A stretch of DNA of 64,000 nt from the NCBI GenBank assembly GCA_002633005.1, contig NMRA01000912.1:4027-68026 (forward strand), written 5' to 3'. The notes beneath the pieces are model-generated. The model worked only from the letters and a program-made list of their open reading frames with translations. It searched no databases and was not told the DNA's origin. This DNA is from Phoronis australis. Taxonomy: Eukaryota > Animalia > Phoronida. Every line of letters begins with the position of its first letter. Positions within the stretch are counted from its first letter, which is position 1. The position numbers were made by a program, and so were the translations under genes. Positions 13,101-25,100 of the stretch are shown one piece after another.

Positions 13101-16100
13101 GGTAAAATTTTGAACAAAATAGTCGTACTGATGTTGCCCTAACTTCGTTTAAAGGGCTTCTTAAGTACATTGTTTGTGAATGCCTGCACCTTTTTCAATT
13201 TCTTGTGTGATGATTGCTATAATATAGAACCATTTCCTTATTCGAATACATTTGGCAGCCAGTAACTGCGCGTACCACATTTACACTGATTGCTACAAAT
13301 AATGTAATTAACTGGTCAGCGAGCATTTGCCTTGTTGTGTGTGGGTAGCAATGACGTGAGATAAACTTGTCTCTAGGCAGACAGCTGAGCTTGTAATTCT
13401 CTCTCTGCGGCTGTCCTTAGCAATTATCTCAGTATTTTACGGAATTCTGTATTTTAACAAAAAGCAATCAATTGGAAGTAACCTCTCGTGGCTTATGATT
13501 GTTCTTGACCTATATAGTACTCATGATGTTGGACAAGTGAAATTTTGTTTTAGAAAATTGGTCGAAAATAAAAGATTAAAAAGTGCGAGTTTATTAGTAG
13601 CTGTGTTTGCACTGTGTAGATGTCATAAAACAATATTATTTGCAAATTTCCTTATTGTTGCAAAGTGAAGAGTTGCCATATATCGCAAGAATAAACTTTG
13701 AGTCTGGCAAAATTTTACGTTTCTACATTGTGTGTGTTGGAAAGCTAAAGTCAGTCTGTTTTGATTTTGCCTTGTCTGCAGTACCATCTTATACTGTATG
13801 TTTGTGTTTGATCACGAGATTCATCTTCAGTTGATGTTTCCTAGGCAAAGTGCCACCAGGAACCGAAGCACGGAGTGCCTGGTCGTGGATGCCATACACG
13901 CGGCGGTGCGCTTCCACAAGGCCATGGCTGACGCCTGGATTAAGGTATCTGTTGCCTTTTGTTTTATGTGTCGTCCGCTTGTTGTTTGGATAATATGCGC
14001 AATGTGCTTGCCACCAAACAACATTTAAAAAGTTTTGAACACTTATAACAATGTTAGTGAGTTTAAAAAATACAAAAACAGCAATTTTAGCAAATATTTT
14101 AGTCCCAAATTCATGAATGTTCACCGTATGTGTTTTCTTTTTATGGTATAAAATCAGGAAAAAATATATCTTTGAAAGTGAAAACAGAGTGAGTGGGTGG
14201 CTATCAGGTCTACACATTCACATTGTTCATGACTTTTGTCCAGTTTAGCTTTTTGACAAAATTTCAGGCTATCGCTATCTTGCATACGTATTCAACTCTA
14301 ATGAATCTGAACAACCTTGACAAGACACCGTCATGTTTTGTCTGAAACCTAACACATACGGATTTTGTTTGATTCCAGGTTCTTGAGGCCGTCCAGACCG
14401 CGTCGGAGCACAAAGTTTTGGACATAATTGTCCTATTCGTCTTACACTTCAGCGGACGCAGAAAACCCATTGAAAGCCTTATCCGTAACAAAATCAGGGC
14501 TGGACATTTGTCAGAAGTGTTAATGCAAGCTGTACTGGGGTCTCACACGGGGGTTAGTGAAAATTTAAATGCTGATTGAAGGTCTAGTATTTGTGTCTTA
14601 AAACATGTTTACTGTTACTAAATCAATATAACAGAGTATTCCACACTCTTAAATTTGAAGTTTCCTTCCAAAGATTGCTCAGTAGGAAAATCTTGATGTC
14701 CTAAATTTTTATATATTGCATTTTTTTCAATAGCAGCGTAGTCGGAACATGAGACTAGATTTTCAACTTTTATAGGACCAGTATAATTTGGTAGCAGCCC
14801 TTCAGTAACACAAACTTCGTTGAAGGCACGTGTGTACTTTTTGTTTGACAGCTTAATACAGAATCGCTCGTAGTGTCTAAACAATCCCCTTTCTTCAGGC
14901 GTGCATCTATGTAGCAAAACACCGAGAGATGTAACAGTCAAACAAATTAAAACATTAGCTATTACTTTTATAGGACTCCAGAATAATGTCTGAAGTTACC
15001 TAACTTCGGAAAGTCATATCTGACCGGATTCATGTGAAACGTTCAGATTACTATGCTTTGTGTAGTATTCTCCAGGATGCTGTTAGGAATATTTTTAAAA
15101 TGTCCCATTTTGCATGAAGGTCTATCAAAAATAGGACTTTTATGATTTTCTTGAAGAAACTCGAACACTTTAATGAGCAAAAATTTCTGTCTGAACGAAA
15201 TACATTATTTCGGAAACAGGCGCATGGACATATATTCAGTACTAGGTGAATGGGGGCAATAATACGCATTTTGTGACAATGAACAATGACCGTAAACTTT
15301 TAAATCTGTATTTTATAGTGTTTAGTGATATTTGTGAATGCAACTTTGTCTCCAAATATTAGTTGCAACTGTGTCTTACAAAAGCAAGGCTTAGAATTTC
15401 CTCTTTTAGGAGGATTTCTTCATTTTTGGTTTCGATTTCCTCTCATTTGATTTCCAGTTTCCTCTTTTTCGTCTCTTTTTACCACTATTTTGACTTTGTT
15501 TATGCAAAAAAACATTTATTTCAGTTGAATTTTACGACACAAAAAATATTTCTGAATCTATCACACAAGCCTTTTTGGGCAACGATACATCACCCGGAAA
15601 ATATTCTTCTTTTTTGTCATTGGTCACTCCAAGCCTTGCAAAAGTCGGACCACTGACTGTTTTCTGTTCCTGCAAAGCCATGGATACACTTTACTGAGGT
15701 TTCAAGGTGTAATGATATTTTGCCGTTTTCTCCAGGTTTTAGGTGAATATTTTCCCTCCATTTTATCGCTGTCTGAGAAGTTCTTGCGGTCGCCAGAACC
15801 TGCGGTTTCTGCCATTGGTGCTGCCATGTACAAGACAGCCTTCTTGTCATTCGATGCTTACTATCAGCAGGTATTGAAAATTGTGTGTGTCGAAAATTGT
15901 TCGGAAATACAAGCATTACAACCACGAATTATATCCAATGGACCTTTCCACAATTTAGTGATGGATCTAGGATACCGTAAGTTGGAGCCCGACTACTATT
16001 TTCCAATTATGAAAAATGATGTCAACCTAGCTACTAAAAACAGCCTGATAAGGTATGCCCATTGGGGGGTATCTTAATTTTCCTGTGAACATCTANTTTC

Positions 16101-19100
16101 GATTTCCTCTCATTTGATTTCCAGTTTCCTCTTTTTCGTCTCTTTTTACCATTATTTTGACTTTATTTATGCAAAAAACATTTATTTCAGTTGAATTTTA
16201 CGACACAAAAATATTTCTGAATCACACAAGCCTTTTTGGGCAATGATACATCACCCGGAAAATATTCTTCTTTTTTGTCATTGGTCACTCCAAGCCCTGC
16301 AAAAGTCGGACCACTGACTGTTTTCTGTTCCTGCAAAGCCACGGATACACTTTACTGAGGTTTCAAGGTGTAATGATATTTTGCCGTTTTCTCCAGGTTT
16401 TAGGTGAATATTTTCCCTCCATTTTATCGCTGTCTGAGAAGTTCTTGCGGTCGCCAGAACCTGCGGTTTCTGCCATTGGTGCTGCCATGTACAAGACAGC
16501 CTTCTTGTCATTCGATGCTTACTATCAGCAGGTATTGAAAATTGTGTGTGTGTCAAAAAATTGTTTGGAAATACAAGCATTGCAACCACAAATTTTTCCA
16601 ATGGACCTTTCCACAATTTAGTGATGGATCTAGGATACCGTAAGTTGGAGCCCGACTACTATTTTCCAATTATGAAAAATGATGTCAACCTAGCTACTAA
16701 AAACAGCCTGATAAGGTATGCCCATGGGGGGAGGTACCTTAATTCGCCTGTGAACATCTAAGTGACGTGGAGATTTATGGGATATCCTGGCGAGACAAAG
16801 CTCCACCTGGTGCCTTGATTTTCCAGTAGCAGTTAAACATTTGCCATTCACCTCTATCAGGAAAAAGGCTAAGGTCAACCTTGAACCTTCATGAGTGAAG
16901 GAATGTGCTTTAGGGAGACTGCCTGTGTGGCTGGTGAGGGAGACGGATTAGCCATCCCATAAGTTTTGTCGTGAGGCATTGGTAATTTTCAGCCATAGAA
17001 GAAAATTTCTGCATAGTGAGAAACGGCTGGAATTTCATTTCTTTCCAATGGTATGTTCAGTTACATGATAGTTATGATCACTGAATGTGCTGTTCTGTGT
17101 CTCGGTCTAGTTCATCTTTTTCTCCACAGGAAATTATTGGCAGTCTTGTGGTTCATATCGGAGGGTTTGAAGGAGAAGTTGACTCCTCCTTGGACGTTTT
17201 ACTGGACTTAGTACAAACCAACACCTCCGCATTGGGCCAGTTCGCAATATTTATCAAGGTATTGACAGGTTTTGAAAATGAACGAGTCAACTTTTTCGAC
17301 AATCTTAGAGACTCCAGAATTAACGCATTTCTCTGACTTAGAAGTCTTCTGTTTTTTGCTGATTAGCGTCATGCAGCCGTCACCTGCATGAGTCATCCAA
17401 ATATCAGTTTTGAAAAATAACTGAACATCCTCTTTTTCCACTTTTAATACCGGAGACTTCAAAAACAATCTTTTCCTACTAGAAATGTGCTGTTCTGTCA
17501 ATAATCGGCTGATATGAGACATTTGTAATGTTTATATTCTCTCTGTGTTGAACAGTGCCACCTCATTTTTGCTATGTGTAATCGTGCATATTTTTGTTGT
17601 CAGCAACTAGCACCTGTGGTAATTTTAATTTTTTGTGTTAATGAACTTTACTTTAACTTTTTCTCAGCAATGCTAAACGTGTGCATATTTTACTCAGTTT
17701 TGCTAGGAATGAAATATTTTGATAATTATTAAAAAGTTTGCTTAAATTGTCTACTTTTTGTTTTGTAAAGAGACTGTGGGACAATGTTTTCTCTCTCCCT
17801 TTCAATCTATCACGTATAACACTTGGTTTTGTTGTAGTGTTTGGTATTTTATTTTAAAACATCCGCATCCGGTAAGATAGTCAAAATTAAGACAAAACTT
17901 GAGTCAAAAACTTAATAAGTCAAACTTAAGATCTCTTTCTTGAAACAGTTTTGAGACAAATTTAAGTATACCTTCATCTTAAAATTGACTGAAATTTAAT
18001 TTTGTCATATCTAACTTGGAACGGGCCCCTTCACATTTTTGTTTTATTGTTGTACTATATTGTGCATTTTTTAAAATTTGCAGGGTGTGCTTGATTATCT
18101 AGACAACATGTCATTGTCTCAGATCCGTAAACTCTACTCAGTCCTTAGTTCATTGGCCTTCAGGGGAGACAATGATGAAAGCTTGATCCAGGTAGGTGTT
18201 ATCTTGTACTTGAGCAGGGTAAAGAAACAATCCAGTGGCTGGATTATATATGTGTATATATTCTGCCTATCAGCATAGGGCTGCAGTTGATTCAAACACA
18301 GAGTCAGCGTTAGTTAGATTGTTTGTAAAAAATCTCAATGAATTTTTCTGTATTTAATTTTCGCCTAGCTTTGTTGAACCTCTGTCAAAACTTGTGTAGA
18401 AAATTGTAAGAAAATAATAACTGCAGTTAGTTAGAAAATTAGTAAAAGAACTATCAGTTTCTCATCAAGAAGGCAGATTTTCAGTTCGGTCTAGAAACTG
18501 CCACCAGTGCATTTAAAATGAATTGAATGACATCTGATTGTACTACTCAATCACTCTGTCTTTCAGGATGACATGCACATTCTCATTCGTAAGCAACTGT
18601 CCAATAGCAGCCCTCGTTACAAACGTATGGGTGTGATTGGTGCTTTGATGGTGGTTGACAGCCTGGCAGGAATCCGCAGGTAATACTGTCATCGGTTTAG
18701 TGTTGCCAAAATTTAACAGTGTTAACTTTGTAGAATTTACTATTAACGCTATTTTTTGTGATATCAAGGAGACATGATGTAATACTCCATCACTAGATGG
18801 CGATGTGGTGGTTGGTAGACCATGTTCTGTATATTTGTATGGGTTTAATGCAGTGAGATATTTCCAGTATTTTTTGCGGTCATCATGCCGTCAAATTGCC
18901 GCTGTTATGTGGTGAGATATTCCAACAATTCACACAAAGGTGTCAACCACTGTCTCAAAGATGTACGTGTAAGACAAAAATTGTTTTGCCCCTGTCAACT
19001 TGGCTTGTCTTGCACGCCAGAATTACGGTATGAATTCTTAAGTTTGGGACACAATATGGAAGTCAGATGAAATTCCATTTTGTCAAATTTCTCAAAAAAT

Positions 19101-22100
19101 GACTTTTCAAGAAAATTTACATTTTTGGAATAGCTATTGTCAAACAAAATTTGTAATATTTTGAGCATTTTCAACAATGAATGTGGGAAGCAATTATTTT
19201 TGTCCTAAATTGAAAAATTTCTATGGTAAGAATTTGGTCAAGTGAAAGACAATGCCAAAGAGCTGTATGTAAATTGTTTACTATTAGTGACTTACGATAC
19301 ATTCGCATTTTGCTTTGATGCTGTCCCGTCAATAATTTTTATTCCAGCTGGGGTCGCTTCTGCGCATTCAAGTTGCATTATATCTTTTGGACATTTGGCT
19401 TGCTGGATCAATGGATACACACTGACTTTACTGGTTGAATTCAATTCCATTGTGCCGCTGTAAACATTAGAGGCTATTTAAAATATTGACTGTCTGGTAG
19501 TTTTCATAAAAAGTGGACTCATCTGTTTCTTTTCATAAAAAGTTGGCAAATTCTGGAAGCAAAGGTTTTCGTCTAATTTTCTGCTTTGGCTAAATCAGTA
19601 TTTAATTTTAGATACTAATAGACATAAATATAGAAACAATGCTATGGTGGGCACATTTCAGCACTTTGTATTGCTCTTCTTTGTTTCGTACAGCTGAGGC
19701 CAAAACATGTGGTACAATTTTGAGCATTTGCAGCTAAATATAGAAACATGACAATTTTAGGAATTTTTTGTCCCCATTGTAGAATTATCGTACTTAATCT
19801 CAAGGCTTAGGGTATATTGTTGGTACGAAAGACCGTGTTGTGTACTTCTATTCACTGTGTTACTACCTCTGTGTAGTGGTACGGGCCAGTCAACGTCCAG
19901 TGCTGATGTCAGCGCCCTCTCGCAGCAGTCATACAAACAAGTGATACAGCTGTTACAGCTGGTGAAACAATGCAGTGTCTCGTGTCCTGAGGTACTGGCC
20001 CTTTTTATGGATGAGCTGGCCAACATTGTCCGCAAAGGGCAGCTTGACGCCCAGATACAGGTAGGTACATATGCTCAGTAGTAGTGGAAATTTGAATTTT
20101 TTCAGAATCACCGAAACCTTTCTCATTCAAGGCTCGATTCTGGCATTGTTTGCTATGATAGGCAAAAAAACCGTGACTGCTGATGGCGCTGCCTATGCTA
20201 GCAGACGAAGATTGACTTGCATATGGGGTGACTTCGCACCCAGTTTATGTGACTTTTAAAATACCAGATGAAATGTGCGAGGAGACTGCTTCATTACCCT
20301 GAATTTCAAAAAAAATTTTTAGTGCGGTAACGGAATCGAATTTACTCTTTTGGAATCGATTACGATTCAAAGGTTTTCTTTAACAATGATGTCGCCGATA
20401 ACTTATTGTGTCGTAACACCAGTGTATTGTTGTCCGTCTCCAAGTAGTAGCTCTCTTCATGGAGGAGCTAGGTAACATTGTACGCAAGGGGCGACTAGAC
20501 CCCAGATACTGTTCCTCTAAGGAATGTCACCTTTCTATACGTCTTGGCTTTCTTCAATGAGAACTTCAATTTCGTACTGTGAGCATAGCTACATATATTC
20601 ATCTCTGCTGTGTTGGCCAACCATGACACGAATCATCGACTCTCGCTACCTTTTAAAGTCATTAGAATATACTGTGGAGAAAGCAGGATTTTCTGTCATT
20701 CTGACTTAAACCAAGAATGCTATTTTGTTCTTTTGTTTCACAGGCTTGGATCAGTGAGAACGTCATCAGTAACTTCCAAGAAGATTATGTGGTGGACATT
20801 GAACCTATTAAAGAGTGAGTCACTCATTGATGTTTTTTGTTTTAAGCCAATTACATTCCGTGATATTTTTTATGTTTAAAGCACCAATTTTTGACTACGT
20901 CCTCTTATTCAAACATGGCTGTCATGTTTATTAATGAATCCGTGATAAGGAAATGGATTTAGGAATCACTTTTGCATGGCATTAGTTCAATTGGCAAAAC
21001 ATATTGATAGTATTATGGAGCTTCTCCTTTCCAGTTGTTTTTTGTTGTCATAGTTACATCCGCTGTGTTAATTTATTATTAGATTACTGTTAATTAATTA
21101 CTGTACAGCTATTTATTAAGTCAGGCAAACGTGTCTTGAAAATTAATGTACTAGCCATGATTTATAGACAACAGGTGATTGAACACCAGGTTGTTTTCTA
21201 CGCTTCATTCCTCATCAAGTTTTGGTGGGGGGATTTGCTTTCGTGGAGAACTAAAGTTTCACGGAGACTGCTGGGAACCGCCCTTGGTCAGGACAGGGTG
21301 TGAAAGCTCAGCTCTACCCTTTGTACATTTGCATTAATTTTGTGTAGGAGTCTGGATAAATGTTCAAATTTGACTAAATTGAGTAGATCGTATCTCAGAA
21401 GTGGCCGATCGTATTCACATAAAGCTTTCTAATTCTATGCTTTGATGCTCTGCTCTCCAATGGGCTCTGTTACGTTTTGTTTAAAAAATGTTACACTTTT
21501 CATTCGGAGAGGCTTTCAAAACATACAGGACTTTTGTGATTTCAAGTTGCTTAAGACAAAAACGAAATGATATTTTAGAAATCTAGAACAGTATTTTGAA
21601 AACTCATCCATAACATTTTTATCAAATATAATTTGGTCATGTTATTGATACCGTTGTGCCTTTTTTTGCTTAATTGTACTTAAAAAACACGATCATGTGA
21701 CCTAATTAATGGCAGAGTTAAGACTTTATATGTGTACTTTTACATTTATTTACTAGTTAAAATCTGATAGTTTTGTAGATGTTTGGCTTAAAACGCAAAC
21801 TTGTCCATAAGGCCCTACATCACCTTAACTACTTTATTCATGAACAGAGATAGCAATGTGAGCTCAAATTAAAGCTCACGTCAAAAGGGAAAAGACATTC
21901 AACTTCATCAGTCTTTATACTTCCACTGGCACAAGTAAAGTTATGACCACCAGAGGGCACCAAACAACATGTAGAAGTGCCACAGTACTGAACTATTCAT
22001 CACCAAGTACTAACCACTGAGCATCCTTCATGCCTGTTTCGTAATTACAGCACCACTACACTCCTCCCCATGGCCTACAACTATGGTTTGGATGACGAGA

Positions 22101-25100
22101 CTGAGAGCACTATTGCAATAAACCTTATGCCTCTCGTCTTCGACAGTCTCAAGAGTAGCAATGTAAAAAAGGAAAGGTAAGTGCTGTCTATGATGGCAAG
22201 TGTTACTCACCATTTACCATTATGATTGTTGGTTTGCAGCGTTGTCACCATTTTCGAACCTTTGGCAGCAAGTTGTAAATTAAGTTCCCGATAGTGCAAA
22301 AATATATTTAAGGTAACTGACTTGCAGTCATCGAGGATTCAGAAAATATATAAAAGCTTGTTGGTTGAAAATGGTTTGATGAAATGTGATAGATGTCATG
22401 ATGGTTTGTAGTTTCTTGAACAAATGTTGCAAAGTAACGAAAATAAATTGATACAGTCACATGTATCGCAATGTATAGATGTGATGTTAGAAGTAAGATT
22501 CCATTTGGTAAGCATGTGATATTTGTTGGTTCCGTTATTTTCAGCCGTGTGTCACCGGTGTGCCTGGCTCCACAGTTCAGACTGTTGAGCTCATGTGAAC
22601 TAGTGCAGAACAATGGCGACCTTGAAAGTATCGATGCCTTGCTTGGTAGGTACCTCTGAACTGAAGCCTGTTCAATGAAACAGGTTTGCCTTTTCTCAGA
22701 CATCTATTGAGTAAATTAGCTATTAAAGGATCTGGCCCTTGACTCGAACATTTTTGATGTTGGCTATTCTTCAGCTGGTAACTACCAATTATATTTGAAT
22801 ATACTTAAAGCGGCGTTTGACTCGTGCTTTCTGCCTTGTAAGAAAAACAACTTTGATTTACCCGGCATACGAAATTCGTATCAAATTGTATCTGAGTCAC
22901 AACAAGTGTGGTTTCTGAGCGTTGAAAGGACTTACGAGTTCAAAGGTCACAAAATTTGATGCCATGACATAACCTTAAAGTGTATGAGCTTGATCTGAAG
23001 ACTATTAGATCTTGCTGAGCCCACAAGGGGGAGTCTAATCTTTGTACTCGAAATCAAACTCGAAATTATTTTTGACATTTTCTGCTGTATTATTGTACGA
23101 ACTCAAGATATGTGTACTATTCTATGCTAGAGTAAGTTTTGGTGTTGGTGGATGACCGTCTATTCCAAATTTGCAGTTGGTGACCCCTAGATTCAAGCAA
23201 GAAATTGGATTAAAAACTCGAGATTTCGAGTATAAGCTTGAAATTTTGACTTCAGCTCAAACCTTATATCTTGAATGCTGGGGCCATCGTGCGCAAATTA
23301 GGAAAACTATCTTCCACGTAAATCTACAGGTTGTGCTGTTCTGTCCTTCCGTGAGGAGATATTGGCCAAAGTTGAGAGCCTGTCAAGACAAGAGCGTGAA
23401 GCAGCCTGCACTACCATGTTCTATATGATCAACTGGTTCCGGGAGGTATGAACTCTGTCATAGCATAAACATTAGCTTTGCCACTGGAGTGAGTGCCATT
23501 TAAAGAATGATATAGTGGACATTTTTTAGGTAATATCATTATTACCTTGGAACATGCCATTTCACACAATGACGAGTGTTGAATGTTTTTGCTGTGTTCA
23601 CAAAAATTTTAAGCATGAAATAAGGTGTAACACTTCTCGTTTTGTATGGCTCTATTGGGAATGTAGTTTATAGATTAATGAGATGGTATTTTTGGTTTAA
23701 AAATCCTTCCATTCTTATTTTGTCTTACTTTGAAGTTGGTATTTTTTGACCCGTCAAAGCAGCACTCTACATAACTGTAAATTGAAGTTTATCTAGAAGC
23801 AACATTGGCTTGATAATAAGTATAAATTTTCATGTCATACTAATTGCTATATTCATTGTTATAATTTCTGTCCAGGTTGGCCCGAAAAACTTTAATAAAT
23901 TTTGCAAATGTGTGTTTGTTTCTAGGTGGGTTGACTCAGGTAAATTTTCAGACTAACCTTTGCTGTGCCTTGTGAAAAAAATTGCCTTTAGTTTGTACCT
24001 TGTCTCTTTCTGCCTGTTGTTTCCTTTTGCAGGTCATTGTGAAGAAGTGCTCCTGCCGTACCATTCCTCATAGTTTTAGACAGATCCAACAAGCATTGTA
24101 TTGGAAACTTTTTATTTCTAATGATAAATTGTCGTGGGAACTAGAGTTTAAGACTTGTGTTATAAATGTTTTTTGATTTGGATATCTCAATCTTATATTT
24201 CTAGGTTGTAAATGGTTTTGCCAGTCAGTCCAATTCAGAAATGAAGGCAAAAGTAATCTCGCGGCTTCACAATGTAACGGACATTCATGGATACTTGGAA
24301 AAATGTTTGGCAGGTGAGCGTCTATCTTTGTGCCTCAGTGGCAAGTGCGTTGGACTCTCAGTTGAAAGGGTGTGGGTTCAATGGTAGACTTTCAAATAGC
24401 AACATGGCGACCGGTCACGTGGGACCAAGTACCAGTGGCCTCTAGAGGACGAGGAGGTATTTTATAACTTTTGTTTAAAACACATTCCTTTTAATCACAT
24501 GCACTGTTGTAAAAGGTTTTTTCACTAACTTAAGTCAAACTGTTCCCCTATGCCACCCGCTGTGAAGACAAAGTAACTTCTTGTTCAGCTAGGTGGCGAT
24601 ATGGGTCACCTGTCCCACATGATCAACCCCCTTTGCTTCCTGAAAGTCTCCCATTACTGGCTGCAAGGATGCATCTGTGTCCTTGTGCACAGAAGTTTAT
24701 CTGCATTGCTCCAGTCGACTTAGCTTTAGTGTATGAATGAGTTCCTGGCAGGAGTAACCTGCAGTGGATGTGTGGCTTATACAGGGAGAGTTGGTGAGAG
24801 AGGCAGGCTGGCTTCCCTGGTGTTTACTAACAGTACAAACCAAAACATTTCGAAGGAAGTGTCTTGGAATTTCGCGTCACGACAACTGGGTGGAAATCGA
24901 ATTCATCGTCGGAATAGTCCTCCTGCACGACTGAGAATGAAGAGAAATTACCAGGAAAACGGTGTTTTGTACGATTACTTTTCAATCGTACTGTACCTTG
25001 TTATTGATAAGTCAATAGAAAGTTTTACTAAGCAAGTCTTCGAAATCCAGTGTCATCACTTTACATGTCAGATTTCTTCGCTAGATGTCATTCAAATAGA

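Noticed and set aside
5378-16531. Mutually exclusive duplicated FANCD2 exons 3 and 12
   Set aside because: Each pair is identical and each block boundary is exactly a single N, which points to haplotype overlap in the assembly.
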